A stretch of DNA of 64,000 nucleotides from Gammaproteobacteria bacterium (GTDB lineage Bacteria; Pseudomonadota; Gammaproteobacteria; Steroidobacterales; Foliamicaceae). Shown piece after piece: positions 24,573-35,412 of the stretch. Every line of letters begins with the position of its first letter. Within the stretch, counting starts at the first letter, position 1. The notes under the pieces are model-generated. The model worked only from the letters and a program-made list of their open reading frames with translations, was not told where the DNA came from and did not search any database. The stretch lies in contig OZ243929.1 in NCBI GenBank assembly GCA_965213995.1, forward strand, positions 1,807 to 65,806, written 5' to 3'. The position numbers and the translations under genes are program-made.

Positions 24573-27500
24573 ATGCTGGCGCTCTCCGGTTGCGGCGCGC
24601 TCTCCCCGTTTCGACGCAAGCAACTCCTCGGTCGATTGCGGGCCCGGGATCCGAATGTGCGGGAGATAGGGGCCAGCTACCTGCACCTCGTCAGCATGGA
24701 TGCCGGCCTCGGCGAAACGGGCATGGACCGGCTAGCGGCGCTTTTGGACTACGGGCCGGACTGGCCGCAGCCGCGCTGGGACGGGCCGGAACAGGCGCTG
24801 CTGGCGCTGCCAAGGCGCGGCAGCATTTCTCCGTGGTCGAGCAAGGCCACCGAAATTGCCCGGCTTTGCGGCTTCGGGAATGTGCGGCGCATCGAGCGCG
24901 CTATTCGCTATCGGATCGATTCCCCGGCGCCGCTGAGCCGGGCCGCCGGAGGCGAACTATTCGACCGCATGACAGAGGAACTCTTGCCCGAGGAGGCGCT
25001 TTCGGACGAGCTGTTCGCATCCGCAGCAGCGCCTTCCTTGGCCGAAATTCCGCTGCTCGCGCAGGGCAGGGCAGCGCTGGACCGCGCCAACCGTGAAATG
25101 GCGCTGGCCCTGTCGCCCGAGGAAATCAGCTATCTGGCGGACGGCTTCGCGCAACTGGGGCGCAATCCCACGGACGCGGAGCTGATGATGTTCGCGCAGG
25201 TCAATTCCGAGCATTGCCGCCACAAGATTTTCAATGCCGAATGGATCGAGGGCGAAAGCAGGCTCGAGCATTCGCTTTTCGATCTGATCCGCCTCACGTC
25301 CGCCCGCAGCCCCGAAGGGCTGCTCTCGGCTTATTCCGACAATGCGGCCGTGATCGAGGGAGGGAAGGCGCGGCGCCTGTTCGTGCGCGGCGGCGGGCGC
25401 GAGTACGTGTGCGTGAACGAGCCGGCGCATACCTGCATCAAGGTGGAAACGCATAACCACCCCACGGCGATATCGCCTTTCCCGGGGGCCGCCACCGGCG
25501 CGGGCGGTGAAATCCGCGACGGCGCCGCAACGGGCCGGGGGGCGAGGCCCAAGGCGGGCATGACCGGATTCACGGTCTCCGATCTCAGGCTGCCCGGTTT
25601 TCCGCAGCCTTGGGAGAATCAGCTTTCCAGGCCGCAGCGGCTGGCCTCGCCGCTGCGGATCATGGCCGAGGCGCCGATTGGCGCGGCTTCCTTCAACAAC
25701 GAATTCGGGCGGCCGGCGGTGCTGGGCTATTTCCGCAGTTTTGAGCAGGCGGGAGAACATCATTGGGGCTACCACAAGCCGATCATGATTGCCGGCGGGG
25801 TCAGCGCGGTGCGCGGCCCTGATATAAAAAAACTCAAGGCGCCGGCAGGAACGCTGGTGGTGGTGCTTGGCGGCCCGGCCATGCGGATCGGCGTGGGCGG
25901 AGGTTCCGCGTCCTCGCGAGGGAGCGGCGCCGGCCATGAGGAACTGGACTACGCTTCGGTCCAGCGGGGCAACGCCGAGATGCAGCGGCGCGCGCAGGAA
26001 GTGATCGACCGCTGCTGCGAACTGGGCCTTGGGTCTGGCGGCGGCAACCCGCTGTTCGGCATCCATGATGTGGGCGCGGGGGGGCTGGCAAACGCGATTC
26101 CCGAGCTGCTGCGCGACAGCGGCCGGGGCGCCGAGCTGTCTTATGCCGCTATTCCGTCCGCTGATCCCGGCATGTCGCCGCTGGAGACTTGGTGCAACGA
26201 AGCCCAGGAGCGCTACATGCTGGCGGTCGATGTTGGCAGGCTGCGGGAATTCGAAGCCTTGTGCGCGCGCGAGCGCTGCCCTTGGGCGGTTCTGGGGCGG
26301 ATGGACGACGGGGGGCGGATCCGGCTTTCGCGCGATGCGGGGCCGGCGCCTGTCGATATGCCGCTGGCGCTTCTTTTCGGCGGCGCTTCCGGCATGTCGA
26401 TGCGGCTAGAGTCCGCGCCCGCGCGGCCCGAAGCCTTGGATCTTGGCGGCATCGACGCGCATGAGGCGATCAACCGGGTGCTGGCCATGCCGGCCGTGGC
26501 CGACAAGTCCTTCCTTATTCATATCGGCGACCGGACTGTTGGCGGCTTGGTGGCGCGCGACCAGCTTGTGGGGCCTTGGCAGGTGCCGGTGAGCGATGTC
26601 GCGGTAACGGCCCGGGATTATTTCGGCTATTCGGGAGAAGCCATGGCGGTGGGGGAGCGCACGCCGGCGGCGGTGCTGGACGCTGCGGCGGCCAGCCGTC
26701 TTGCCTTGGCCGAAGCGTTGACGAATATGGCTGCGGCGGATATCGCCCGGGCCGGCGATATCCGCATTTCCGCCAACTGGATGGCGGCGCCGTCGCAGCC
26801 GCGGCAGGCAGCTGGGTTGCGCCGGGCCGTTGAAGCGTTGTCGATATGTTGCCGTGAAATCGGCGTGGCCGCTCCCGTAGGCAAGGATTCCCTGTCCATG
26901 CGAACATCCTGGCAGGATGATCAAGGGCGGAAACGCACGGTGACCGCCCCGGTTTCCTTGGTGGTTACCGCCTTTGCGCCCGTTCGCGATATTCGCCGAA
27001 CGCTCACGCCGCAACTGGCGGACCGCCCGGGCACCCGCCTGCTGCTGCTGGATCTTTCGCGTGGACGCGACCGGCTGGGCGGCAGTTGCCTGGCGCAGGC
27101 TTTCGGGCGCAGCGGAGGAGCGCCCGCGGATCTGGAGGATGCGTCGCTGCTCGGGGCCTTGATCGAAACCCTGAGACAGCTGGCCCGCGAGGATGTGGTG
27201 CTGGCCTGGCATGACCGGTCCGACGGCGGCTTGTTTGCGACCTTATGCGAAATGGCCTTCGCGGGCCGGCTGGGAATGAGTATTGATCTGCCGGGCGTGG
27301 GCGGCGGCGCGCTGCTGGCGCGGCTGTTTGCGGAAGAGCCGGGCGGCGTGATGCAGGTGGACGCCGGCCAAGTGGATCGGGTTGCCGCGCTTTGCGTCGA
27401 AAACGGCCTGGCGGATTGCCTTGCCGACTTGGGAGAAGTGCAGGCCAGCGCGGCCGGTTCCGCTAGGCCGCGGCAAGTCCTGATCCGATTCGAGGGCGGC

Positions 27501-28466
27501 GAGCTGGACTTGGATCGCGTGGAGCTGCATCGCCGCTGGTCGGAACTGAGTTACCGCATGCAGGCATTGCGCGATAACCCGGAAACCGCCGAAGAGCAGT
27601 ACCGCGGCCTGCTGGATGAAGCCGACCGGGGGCTTTCCGCCGTGTCCGCAAACGCGCCGAGGGAGGCGCGTCCGGCCTTGGCCTGCGGCGCCAAGCCCCG
27701 CGTGGCGATTCTGCGCGAACAAGGCGTTAACGGCCATGCGGAAATGGCGGCGGCCTTTACCAAGGCCGGGTTCGCGGCCGTGGATGTCCACATGTCGGAT
27801 ATTTTGGGCGGAGAGGAGGATCTGGGCGGATTCCAAGGCTTGGCGGTGTGCGGAGGCTTCTCCTACGGCGATGTGCTTGGCGCCGGCGGCGGCTGGGCCC
27901 GCTCCATTCTTATGAACGGGCGCGCTCGCGAAGCATTCCAACGCTATTTCGAGAAAGCGGATGCCTTTACTTTGGGCGTGTGCAACGGCTGCCAGATGCT
28001 GAGCCTGATTGCCGGCCTGATTCCGGGTTGCGAGCACTGGCCGCGGTTTATCCGCAACCGCTCGGAGCAATTCGAGGCCCGCCTGAGCATCGTCCGCATC
28101 GAATCCAGCCCGTCGCTGCTTCTGAAAGGCATGGAGGGGTTGCGGTTGCTGATCGCCACTTCGCACGGGGAAGGGCGCGCCGAATTCAGTTCCGAGGAGC
28201 AGGGCAGGAAATGCGAGGAGGCCCGCATGCCGGCCTGCCGCTTTGTCGGCAGCGACGGCCGCCCCACCGAGGCCTATCCCTGCAACCCGAATGGCTCCTC
28301 GGGCGGCCTGGCCGGGCTGACCTCGCGCGACGGCCGCGTAACGGCGCTGATGCCGCATCCGGAGCGCCTGTTCCGCACCGTGCAGCATTCCTGGCATCCG
28401 CCCGGCTGGGGCGAGCACGGGCCATGGATGCGCTTGTTCGACAACGCCCGTCTTCTGGCGGGCTGA
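24573..28466 (+). CDS. purL: Phosphoribosylformylglycinamidine synthase, single-chain large form
   Basis: 1297 aa. [33 protein letters not shown] and a C-terminal glutaminase domain with GVCNGCQML. Confidence 0.97.
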   Translation: MLALSGCGALSPFRRKQLLGRLRARDPNVREIGASYLHLVSMDAGLGETGMDRLAALLDYGPDWPQPRWDGPEQALLALPRRGSISPWSSKATEIARLCGFGNVRRIERAIRYRIDSPAPLSRAAGGELFDRMTEELLPEEALSDELFASAAAPSLAEIPLLAQGRAALDRANREMALALSPEEISYLADGFAQLGRNPTDAELMMFAQVNSEHCRHKIFNAEWIEGESRLEHSLFDLIRLTSARSPEGLLSAYSDNAAVIEGGKARRLFVRGGGREYVCVNEPAHTCIKVETHNHPTAISPFPGAATGAGGEIRDGAATGRGARPKAGMTGFTVSDLRLPGFPQPWENQLSRPQRLASPLRIMAEAPIGAASFNNEFGRPAVLGYFRSFEQAGEHHWGYHKPIMIAGGVSAVRGPDIKKLKAPAGTLVVVLGGPAMRIGVGGGSASSRGSGAGHEELDYASVQRGNAEMQRRAQEVIDRCCELGLGSGGGNPLFGIHDVGAGGLANAIPELLRDSGRGAELSYAAIPSADPGMSPLETWCNEAQERYMLAVDVGRLREFEALCARERCPWAVLGRMDDGGRIRLSRDAGPAPVDMPLALLFGGASGMSMRLESAPARPEALDLGGIDAHEAINRVLAMPAVADKSFLIHIGDRTVGGLVARDQLVGPWQVPVSDVAVTARDYFGYSGEAMAVGERTPAAVLDAAAASRLALAEALTNMAAADIARAGDIRISANWMAAPSQPRQAAGLRRAVEALSICCREIGVAAPVGKDSLSMRTSWQDDQGRKRTVTAPVSLVVTAFAPVRDIRRTLTPQLADRPGTRLLLLDLSRGRDRLGGSCLAQAFGRSGGAPADLEDASLLGALIETLRQLAREDVVLAWHDRSDGGLFATLCEMAFAGRLGMSIDLPGVGGGALLARLFAEEPGGVMQVDAGQVDRVAALCVENGLADCLADLGEVQASAAGSARPRQVLIRFEGGELDLDRVELHRRWSELSYRMQALRDNPETAEEQYRGLLDEADRGLSAVSANAPREARPALACGAKPRVAILREQGVNGHAEMAAAFTKAGFAAVDVHMSDILGGEEDLGGFQGLAVCGGFSYGDVLGAGGGWARSILMNGRAREAFQRYFEKADAFTLGVCNGCQMLSLIAGLIPGCEHWPRFIRNRSEQFEARLSIVRIESSPSLLLKGMEGLRLLIATSHGEGRAEFSSEEQGRKCEEARMPACRFVGSDGRPTEAYPCNPNGSSGGLAGLTSRDGRVTALMPHPERLFRTVQHSWHPPGWGEHGPWMRLFDNARLLAG

Positions 28467-28607
28467 AACGCAGGACAGGCCAATGGCCGGGGGCGGCGTT
28501 ACGCTGCGGCTGCGAATGCCGGTACACTTGCATGACGGGCGCGCGCGGAACCTGATTTCGAGCCGCCTTCCATCCCATTCCCGAAACCGGTGCCCATTGT
28601 GAATGCC

Positions 28608-29861
28608 ATGACTATCGACCATCCCGAAATCGCGCAATTTGATCCGCAGCTGGCGGCGGCGCTGCAGGCGGAGTTGCGCCGCCAAGAGGATTTCGTTGAG
28701 CTGATCGCCTCGGAGAATTACGCCAGCCGCCGGGTTATGGAGGCCCAAGGGTCTGTTCTCACCAATAAGTACGCCGAGGGTTACCCGGGGCGGCGCTACT
28801 ACGGCGGCTGCGAGCATGTCGATGTGGCCGAATCGCTGGCGATCGAGCGGGCCTCGCGCCTGTTCGGCGCCGACTACGTGAACGTGCAGCCGCATTCCGG
28901 CAGCCAGGCCAACACGGCGGCCTATCTTGCGCTGCTGAAGCCGGGCGACCCGATTCTGGGCATGGACCTGAGCCATGGCGGCCATCTCACGCACGGCTCG
29001 CCTGTCAATATTTCGGGAAAACTGTTCAAGGCTTCAAGCTACGGCCTGGATGCGAAGACCGAGCTGATCGACTACAACCAGCTCCGTGAACAGGCGCTGA
29101 AACATCGTCCGAGAATGATCGTGGGCGGTTTCTCCGCTTATTCGCGGGTCGCCGGCTGGAATGTCTTCAGGGAGGTCGCCGACGAGGTGGGCGCTTGGCT
29201 GATGGTCGATATGGCGCATGTGGCGGGCCTGGTGGCGGCCGGCGAATACCCGAATCCCGTGCCGCTGGCGGATGTGGTGACCACGACTACACATAAAACC
29301 CTGCGGGGGCCGCGCGGCGGTCTGATCCTGGCGCGCGAAAACCCGGAGGTGACCAAACGCCTGCGGTCGCTGGTGTTTCCGGGAACCCAGGGCGGGCCGC
29401 TGATGCACGTGATCGCGGCCAAGGCGGTCGCGCTGGAGGAAGCCCTGCAGCCCGGGTTCCGTGATTATCAGCGGCAGGTGAAGCGCAATGCGGCGGCGCT
29501 TGCCGAAGGCTTGCTGCAAAAGGGCTTGAGGATTGTTTCCGGCAAAACCGAGAACCACCTGTGCCTGGTGGACCTGGGGCAGTCGGGGCCGACCGGCGCG
29601 GAGGCGGAGGCGGCGCTGGACCAGGCCAATATCACCGTCAACAAGAACGCGGTGCCGAACGATCCGCGGCCTCCCATGGTGACCAGCGGCCTTAGGCTGG
29701 GCACTCCTGCCTGCACCACGCGCGGCTTCGGCGAGGAGGAAATGGCGATGCTGGCGGATGCGATCGCCGGCGTGGTCTCCCGTCCCGGCGACCAGGCGCT
29801 GATTTCCCGGGTCCGGGAGCAGGTGCTGGAAACCTGCCGCCGCTTTCCGGTGTACGCCTGA
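28608..29861 (+). CDS. glyA: Serine hydroxymethyltransferase
   Basis: [13 protein letters not shown], the PLP Lys context [17 protein letters not shown] 28608 is preferred over the track's GTG 28590. Confidence 0.95.
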   Translation: MTIDHPEIAQFDPQLAAALQAELRRQEDFVELIASENYASRRVMEAQGSVLTNKYAEGYPGRRYYGGCEHVDVAESLAIERASRLFGADYVNVQPHSGSQANTAAYLALLKPGDPILGMDLSHGGHLTHGSPVNISGKLFKASSYGLDAKTELIDYNQLREQALKHRPRMIVGGFSAYSRVAGWNVFREVADEVGAWLMVDMAHVAGLVAAGEYPNPVPLADVVTTTTHKTLRGPRGGLILARENPEVTKRLRSLVFPGTQGGPLMHVIAAKAVALEEALQPGFRDYQRQVKRNAAALAEGLLQKGLRIVSGKTENHLCLVDLGQSGPTGAEAEAALDQANITVNKNAVPNDPRPPMVTSGLRLGTPACTTRGFGEEEMAMLADAIAGVVSRPGDQALISRVREQVLETCRRFPVYA

Positions 29862-29888
29862 CGCATCCGGCCGGCGCGGACTTGAGCG

Positions 29889-31016
29889 GTGTCCGTTCTT
29901 GATGATGCTGATGCGGACCGGCGCTGGATGGAGCAGGCGCTGGAGTTGGCCCGCCGCGGCCTCAACACGACCGACCCCAATCCGCGGGTTGGATGCCTGC
30001 TGGTTAAGGACGGGAAGCGCGTGGGCAGCGGCTGGCACCGCCGCGCGGGCGATCCGCATGCCGAGGCCAATGCATTGCGGGAAGCGGGAGAGCGGGCCCG
30101 CGGCGCCACCTGCTACGTTACGCTGGAGCCATGCTCCCATACCGGGCGCACGGGACCGTGCGCCGATGCCCTGCTGGCCGCGGGCGTGGCCCGGGTCGTG
30201 TGCGCGGCCAAGGATCCGAACCCGCTGGTGGAAGGCGCGGGCGCGCGCCGGCTTGAGGCGGCCGGGGTCGCGGTGCGGAACGGTTTGCTTGAGGCCGAGG
30301 CCAGGGCGCTGAATCCGGGGTATTTTTCCCGCTGCGAGCGGGGCCGGCCGTGGATGCGCGTGAAGCTGGCGGCCAGCTTGGATGGACGCACCGCGCTGGC
30401 CAACGGCGCCAGCCAATGGATCACGTCCCCCCAGGCGCGGCGGGACGGGCATGGCTGGCGGGCCCGATCCTCCGCGATCATGACCGGCATCGGCACATTG
30501 CTGGCCGATGACCCCCGGCTGGACGCGCGCCGCGACGATCTGGGCGATATCGAACCGCCTGCCCGCGTGGTTTTCGATTCCGGCCTGCGAACGCCCGCCC
30601 AGGCGCGCTTGTTCTCGCGGCCAGGCGCTATTTATGTGCTGCACTGCGCCGAAGACGGAAAGCGCAGCCGAGCGCGAATCGACGCGCTCAGCGCGGCGGG
30701 CGCCGAAGTCATCGGGCTTCCCGCGGCTGCCGACGGGCGGATTGCGCTGCCCGCCGCCATGCAGCGGCTGGCGGCGCTCGAATTCAATGAGGTGCAGGTG
30801 GAGGCCGGCGCGGTGCTTTGCGGGGCGCTGCTTCGCGAGGGACTGATCGATGAGGTGGTTCTCTACACCGCGCCGGTGCTGCTGGGGGACGATGCCGCCG
30901 GGCTGTTCAGGCTGGACGCCTTGGAAGACATGGCCGCGCGGCCGGCCTTCCAAGTTCGCGAGGTGGCCAGAAAAGGGCCGGATTTGCGGCTGATCCTGGC
31001 GCCGGATGCCGGCTGA
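29889..31016 (+). CDS. ribD: Bifunctional riboflavin biosynthesis protein RibD (deaminase/reductase)
   Basis: Deaminase zinc motifs HAEANAL and PCSHTGRTGPC, followed by a reductase domain. Confidence 0.95.
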   Translation: MSVLDDADADRRWMEQALELARRGLNTTDPNPRVGCLLVKDGKRVGSGWHRRAGDPHAEANALREAGERARGATCYVTLEPCSHTGRTGPCADALLAAGVARVVCAAKDPNPLVEGAGARRLEAAGVAVRNGLLEAEARALNPGYFSRCERGRPWMRVKLAASLDGRTALANGASQWITSPQARRDGHGWRARSSAIMTGIGTLLADDPRLDARRDDLGDIEPPARVVFDSGLRTPAQARLFSRPGAIYVLHCAEDGKRSRARIDALSAAGAEVIGLPAAADGRIALPAAMQRLAALEFNEVQVEAGAVLCGALLREGLIDEVVLYTAPVLLGDDAAGLFRLDALEDMAARPAFQVREVARKGPDLRLILAPDAG

Positions 31017-31017
31017 G

Positions 31018-31614
31018 ATGTTCACGGGCTTGGTTCGGAGCATAGGCACGGTAAGCCGGGTGGCGGAATCCGATGGAGGCGGCCGTCGCCTGCGCCTTCG
31101 CGCGCCGCGCATGGGCGGAACGCGGCTTGAGATTGGCGCCAGCCTGGCCGTGAGCGGAGTTTGCCTGACCATTATTTCGCAGCATGGCGACGGCAGCGTT
31201 GCTGTGGATGTGTCGGCGCGCACGCTGGCTGACACGGCGCTTGGGGATTGGTCCGCCGGCCGCCGGGTGAACCTGGAGCCGGCGCTGGCCGCAGGCGATG
31301 CGCTGGGCGGGCACTTCGTGACCGGCCATGTGGATGGCGTCGCCGAGGTTGCGCGGCGGCGCGAGCAAGGCCAATCGGTGATCTTGGACTTGGATGCCGC
31401 GCCCGGGCTCATGCGGTTCGTCGCCTCGAAGGGGTCGGTGGCTCTCGACGGCGTGAGCCTCACGGTCAACGATGCCGGCGCGAACGGGTTTTCGGTGAAC
31501 CTGATTCCGCATACGCTCCAGGAAACCACGCTGTCCGACTGCTCGGAGGGAAGCCGGCTAAACCTTGAAGTCGATCTCATTGCCCGCTACGCTGCAAAAT
31601 TGCTTGCGCAATAA
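31018..31614 (+). CDS. ribE: Riboflavin synthase (alpha chain)
   Basis: Canonical MFTGLV start at 31018, just after the ribD stop, and an internal repeat with GHVDG. Confidence 0.9.
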   Translation: MFTGLVRSIGTVSRVAESDGGGRRLRLRAPRMGGTRLEIGASLAVSGVCLTIISQHGDGSVAVDVSARTLADTALGDWSAGRRVNLEPALAAGDALGGHFVTGHVDGVAEVARRREQGQSVILDLDAAPGLMRFVASKGSVALDGVSLTVNDAGANGFSVNLIPHTLQETTLSDCSEGSRLNLEVDLIARYAAKLLAQ

Positions 31615-31621
31615 ATCCAGC

Positions 31622-32719
31622 ATGTTTTCGAGCACTGAGAAGATTATTGAGGATATCGCCGCCGGACGCATGGCGATTATCGTCGATGACGAGCATCGCG
31701 AGAACGAGGGCGACCTGGTCATGGCCGCTTCGCGGGTCACGGCGGAGGACATCAACTACATGGCGCTGCACGGCCGCGGCCTTATCTGCCTCACGCTGAC
31801 CCCCGAGCACTGCCGCCAGCTTCGCCTTCCCCTCATGGTGGCCGATACCAACGTGCAGCGCAACACCAACTTCACGCTCTCCATCGAGGCGGCGCAGGGC
31901 GTGACCACAGGGATTTCCGCGCACGACCGCGCCCATACCATCAGAGTGGCTGCCGCGCCCGGCGCCCGGCCGGAGGATCTGCGCCAGCCTGGACACGTGT
32001 TCCCGGTGATGGCGCAGCCCGGCGGGGTTCTGAGCCGCGCCGGCCACACGGAAGCCGGTTGCGATCTCTCCCGCTTGGCGGGATTGCCGCCTTCGGCGGC
32101 CATCGTGGAGATCCTCAATGAGGACGGCAGCATGGCGAGGCGCCCGCAACTGGAGAAGTTCGCCGCCGAAAGGGGGTTGAAGATCGGCAGCATCGCCGAT
32201 TTGATCCGCTACCGGCTGGCCAAGGACAAATTCGTGGAGCGCCTTAAGGAACGCAAGGCGCGCACCCGGTTCGGGCCTTGCCGGCTGGTCGCCTATGAGG
32301 ATCAGGTGTCCCGCTGCGTTCACTTGGCGTTTGTGCATGGCAAGCTTGGCAAGGCGGACGCGCCGCTGGTCCGGGTGCATGTTCAGAACACGCTGAGGGA
32401 CTCCGCGGGAATCGAGGCCGACCTGGGCTGGCCCTTCGATGCGGCGCTGGGCGAGGTCTTCGCCGCCGAGGCGGGGGTGGCGGTGCTGCTGTGCTACGGG
32501 GAATCGCCGCGCGCGGTGATGGCTGCGGTTGACTCCCTCAACGGCCCGCCCGCCAGCGCCGAGGAGAGCGTCACGGACTTGCGCACCATTGGGGTGGGGG
32601 CGCAGATTCTGCGCGACCTTGGGGTTACGCGGATGCGCGTTCTCGGGGCCCGCCGCAATATCCATGCGCTGTCGGGCTTCGGCCTGGAAGTGCTGGAATT
32701 TGTGGGGCGCGGGGACTAG
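31622..32719 (+). CDS. ribBA: Bifunctional 3,4-dihydroxy-2-butanone-4-phosphate synthase / GTP cyclohydrolase II-like
   Basis: MAIIVDDEHRENEGDLVMAA and HTEAGCDLSRLAG. ATG 31622 follows the ribE stop. Confidence 0.9.
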   Translation: MFSSTEKIIEDIAAGRMAIIVDDEHRENEGDLVMAASRVTAEDINYMALHGRGLICLTLTPEHCRQLRLPLMVADTNVQRNTNFTLSIEAAQGVTTGISAHDRAHTIRVAAAPGARPEDLRQPGHVFPVMAQPGGVLSRAGHTEAGCDLSRLAGLPPSAAIVEILNEDGSMARRPQLEKFAAERGLKIGSIADLIRYRLAKDKFVERLKERKARTRFGPCRLVAYEDQVSRCVHLAFVHGKLGKADAPLVRVHVQNTLRDSAGIEADLGWPFDAALGEVFAAEAGVAVLLCYGESPRAVMAAVDSLNGPPASAEESVTDLRTIGVGAQILRDLGVTRMRVLGARRNIHALSGFGLEVLEFVGRGD

Positions 32720-32728
32720 CCCGGATCC

Positions 32729-33175
32729 ATGGCTGCGGACGCGCCCGACCACAAGATACTGCTGCTCGCAGCGGACTATTACGAGGACTTGGCAGCGCAG
32801 CTGGAGCAGGGCGCCCGCGAAGCCCTTCTGGCCGGCGGAATATGCGAAGAGCGTATCGTGATGCGGCGCGTGCCCGGCTGCTGGGAACTGCCGCTCGCCG
32901 CTCAGCGGCTCATTCGCCGCCATTCGCCGGACGCTGTCGTCGCTTTGGGCGTGGTGATCCGCGGAGAGACGGACCACTATGAGCATATCGCCCGCGAGGC
33001 CTGCGCTGGCCTGATGCGGGTGGCGCTTGAGGAAGGCACGGCGGTTGGCTTGGGTGTGCTCACTTGCGATAACTTCGAGCAGGCCGCGGAACGCTGCGGC
33101 GCCTCTCCGGGAGAGAACAACAAGGGCAGGGAGGCGGCCCAGGCGGTCTTGCGCATGCTTTCAGCCGATTCCTGA
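32729..33175 (+). CDS. ribH: 6,7-dimethyl-8-ribityllumazine synthase
   Basis: 148 aa with VPGCWELP and VIRGETDHYEHI. Confidence 0.9.
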   Translation: MAADAPDHKILLLAADYYEDLAAQLEQGAREALLAGGICEERIVMRRVPGCWELPLAAQRLIRRHSPDAVVALGVVIRGETDHYEHIAREACAGLMRVALEEGTAVGLGVLTCDNFEQAAERCGASPGENNKGREAAQAVLRMLSADS

Positions 33176-33588
33176 TGCGCCGGGCAGGCCGACGCCGGGC
33201 CCGCCGCCTGCTGGTTCAGGCTTTATACCAGTATCAAATGACCGGGCACAGCGCGGATGAGATACAGGAACAGTTTTCCGGACGCCGGAACTATGCGCGG
33301 GCCGACGTGGAATTTTTCGGTCGGATGCTGCATGATGTTTGCCGCCGAACCGAGGAGCTGGACCAGGATATCGCGCTGGGCAGCGATATTCCGCCGGAGC
33401 GAATCGATCCCGTGGAGCGGGCGATTCTATGGAGCGCGCTGGCGGAGCTGCAAGCGGGAGATACCAAGGAGGCGATAACGATCAACGAAGGAATCGAGTT
33501 GGCCCACGAGTTCGGGGCTGAGCACAGTTATCGGTTCATCAATGCGGTTCTGGACCGCTGGGTGAGGTCCCAGCCTGCTTCCGGCTAG
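33175..33588 (+). CDS. nusB: Transcription antitermination factor NusB
   Basis: 137 aa with RRLLVQALYQYQMTG and AVLDRW. The start overlaps the ribH stop (TGATG). Confidence 0.9.
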   Translation: MRRAGRRRARRLLVQALYQYQMTGHSADEIQEQFSGRRNYARADVEFFGRMLHDVCRRTEELDQDIALGSDIPPERIDPVERAILWSALAELQAGDTKEAITINEGIELAHEFGAEHSYRFINAVLDRWVRSQPASG

Positions 33589-33603
33589 CCGCCGCCCCCG
33601 ATC

Positions 33604-34602
33604 ATGCGGGACAGACAACCACTGGAGGACCGGCTGATCGCTTCGCTGTTCGCGCGCCATGGCGCTGATGGCGAGAGCGTGCTGGCCGGGCCCGGCGACG
33701 ACGCGGCGGTGGTGCGTTGTCCGTCTGGCGAGGATCTATCCATTACCACCGACACTCTCAACGAGGGCGTGCATTTTCCGGCCCGCGCTCCGGCCCGTTC
33801 CATCGGTCACCGGGTGCTGGCCGTGAGCCTCAGCGATTTGGCCTCAATGGGCGCCCGCCCGTTATGGGCAGTGGTGGCGCTGTCGTCGCCGAAGGCCGAG
33901 GAGAACTGGCTCAGGGATTTCGCCGACGGCCTCTTTGCGCTGGCGGACGGCTGCAGCCTGCGAATTGTGGGCGGTGACTTTGTGCAAGGGCCGCTCAGCG
34001 TTACGGCCACCTTGCATGGTTCGGCGCAGTCTGGCGCTGCATTGCGCCGCGTCGGCGCCGCCGCCGGCGACGGCATCTGGGTGTCCGGCTTTCTTGGGGA
34101 TGCGGCCGCCGGGCTCGGAGTGCTGAAGCAACGCTTGGCAAGCGAGGCCTCCAACCCTCTTCGGCACCAGCGCGCGGAGCGCGACGCAGCCAATCATCTG
34201 GTTGAGCGGTTCTGTTATCCGCAGCCCCGCATCGCTCTGGGTCGGCAACTGGCGGGTTTGGCAAGTGCCTGCATGGATCTGTCCGACGGGCTATCCGAAG
34301 ATCTGCCCCGCTTGCTTCGCAGCAGCGGCTTAGGCGCGCGGATCGAGCTGGAGCGATTGCCTCTATCCCCTGAATTGCTTGCCTATGCAGGCCGGCAGCA
34401 GGCGCGGCAACTGGCGTGGAATGGCGGTGACGATTATGAGCTCTGCTTTACGGTTCCTCCTGAAAACGAGGCGCGCATCGCGTCGATGGCGGCCTCCGCG
34501 CCGCTTGCGCGCATCGGCGAGCTGCATCGCGGCGCGGGCCTGGAAGTCACGCTCGACGGGGATTTCTGGCAGCCCGCGAATGCGGGCTTCAGGCACTTCT
34601 GA
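33604..34602 (+). CDS. thiL: Thiamine-monophosphate kinase
   Basis: 332 aa with GDDAAV, TTDTLNEGVHF and SLSDLASMGA. Confidence 0.9.
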   Translation: MRDRQPLEDRLIASLFARHGADGESVLAGPGDDAAVVRCPSGEDLSITTDTLNEGVHFPARAPARSIGHRVLAVSLSDLASMGARPLWAVVALSSPKAEENWLRDFADGLFALADGCSLRIVGGDFVQGPLSVTATLHGSAQSGAALRRVGAAAGDGIWVSGFLGDAAAGLGVLKQRLASEASNPLRHQRAERDAANHLVERFCYPQPRIALGRQLAGLASACMDLSDGLSEDLPRLLRSSGLGARIELERLPLSPELLAYAGRQQARQLAWNGGDDYELCFTVPPENEARIASMAASAPLARIGELHRGAGLEVTLDGDFWQPANAGFRHF

Positions 34603-35063
34603 TGCGCGGGCGGCTCCTTCGCTGGGCGGGGTCCGGCCTGGGATTGGGCTTTCTGCCCGCCGCGCCGGGCACTTGGGGCAGCCTTGGGGGCGTCGCGGTG
34701 TGGTGGCTTGCGCTTCCGCTGGGCTTGGCCGCGCAAGCCTTTCTGCTGATCGTTGCCGCTGTCCTCGCAGCGCCGATCTGCGGCGCTTGCGCCCGCGCGG
34801 CGGGCGAGAGCGACCCTTCCTTCGTTGTCCTTGATGAAATGCTGGGCATGTGGCTGGCGCTGTTGCTGGTCGAGCCTTCATGGCTCTGGGCGGCGGCGGC
34901 CTTTGCGCTTTTCCGGCTTCTCGATATCGCCAAGCCTTGGCCTGTCAGTTTCATGGAGAGGCGCTTCTCCGGCGGTCTTGGAATTTTGCTTGATGACTTG
35001 GTTTCAGGGCTAATAGCGGGAATAATAGTTATTATTATTCAATATATTGTTAATATAATCTAA
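34602..35063 (+). CDS. pgpA: Phosphatidylglycerophosphatase A
   Basis: GLGFLPAAPGTWGSL and LDEMLGMW. The last ~13 codons (IIVIIIQYIVNII) lie in an extreme AT-rich tract. Confidence 0.85.
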   Translation: MRGRLLRWAGSGLGLGFLPAAPGTWGSLGGVAVWWLALPLGLAAQAFLLIVAAVLAAPICGACARAAGESDPSFVVLDEMLGMWLALLLVEPSWLWAAAAFALFRLLDIAKPWPVSFMERRFSGGLGILLDDLVSGLIAGIIVIIIQYIVNII

Positions 35064-35086
35064 ATTATATTTTAGATTATAATTTA
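35021..35086. repeat. Extreme AT-rich tract with an 11-bp perfect palindrome (35054-35081) spanning the pgpA stop codon
   Basis: TATAATCTAAA-TTATAT-TTTAGATTATA. The surrounding DNA is GC-rich. Confidence 0.7.
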
Positions 35087-35167
35087 GGCCCATCGTCGCC
35101 ATTGCCACCGCCATCCATGTCTTGGGTCTGCTGCCATGCAGATATTCGTGCCGAGACTGCCGATCAT

Positions 35168-35296
35168 TCATGCCTGCTTCTTCACCGGCCAGCGATGCAA
35201 TTCGGCATAGTCCGAATGTCCCGCCTCCCGCATGAACCGGGCCATGGCGCTGGCGTGCGCCTTCTCGGGCTGCGGAGTCCAAAGGCAAGCGCCCAT
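35168..35296 (-). pseudogene. Probable N-terminal fragment (~42 codons) of an acetoacetyl-CoA synthetase-type gene
   Basis: MGACLWTPQPEKAHASAMARFMREAGHSDYAELHRWPVKKQA*. This matches the recalled family N-terminus pattern (LWxPxxE...F...DYxxLHxWSV) and then stops abruptly near the AT-rich tract. Confidence 0.45.
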
Positions 35297-35412
35297 CCCG
35301 CCATTATCACCGCATTGATGTTCCCGCCGCTTTGCCCGCAGCGACTTGGAGCGACGTTTCGGCATGTCGTCGAGCGTGGTATCGGGAATATTTCGAGGCG
35401 CGGCGAATCAGC

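Noticed and set aside
35021-35086. Possible dif (XerC/XerD) site, considered because of the AT-rich palindrome and the xerD gene in the window
   Set aside because: Only a weak resemblance to the XerD arm (ATTGTTAAT versus TTATGTTAAAT), and nothing like the XerC arm GGTGCGCATAA. The xerD gene is 9.5 kb away, and its presence says nothing about dif location.
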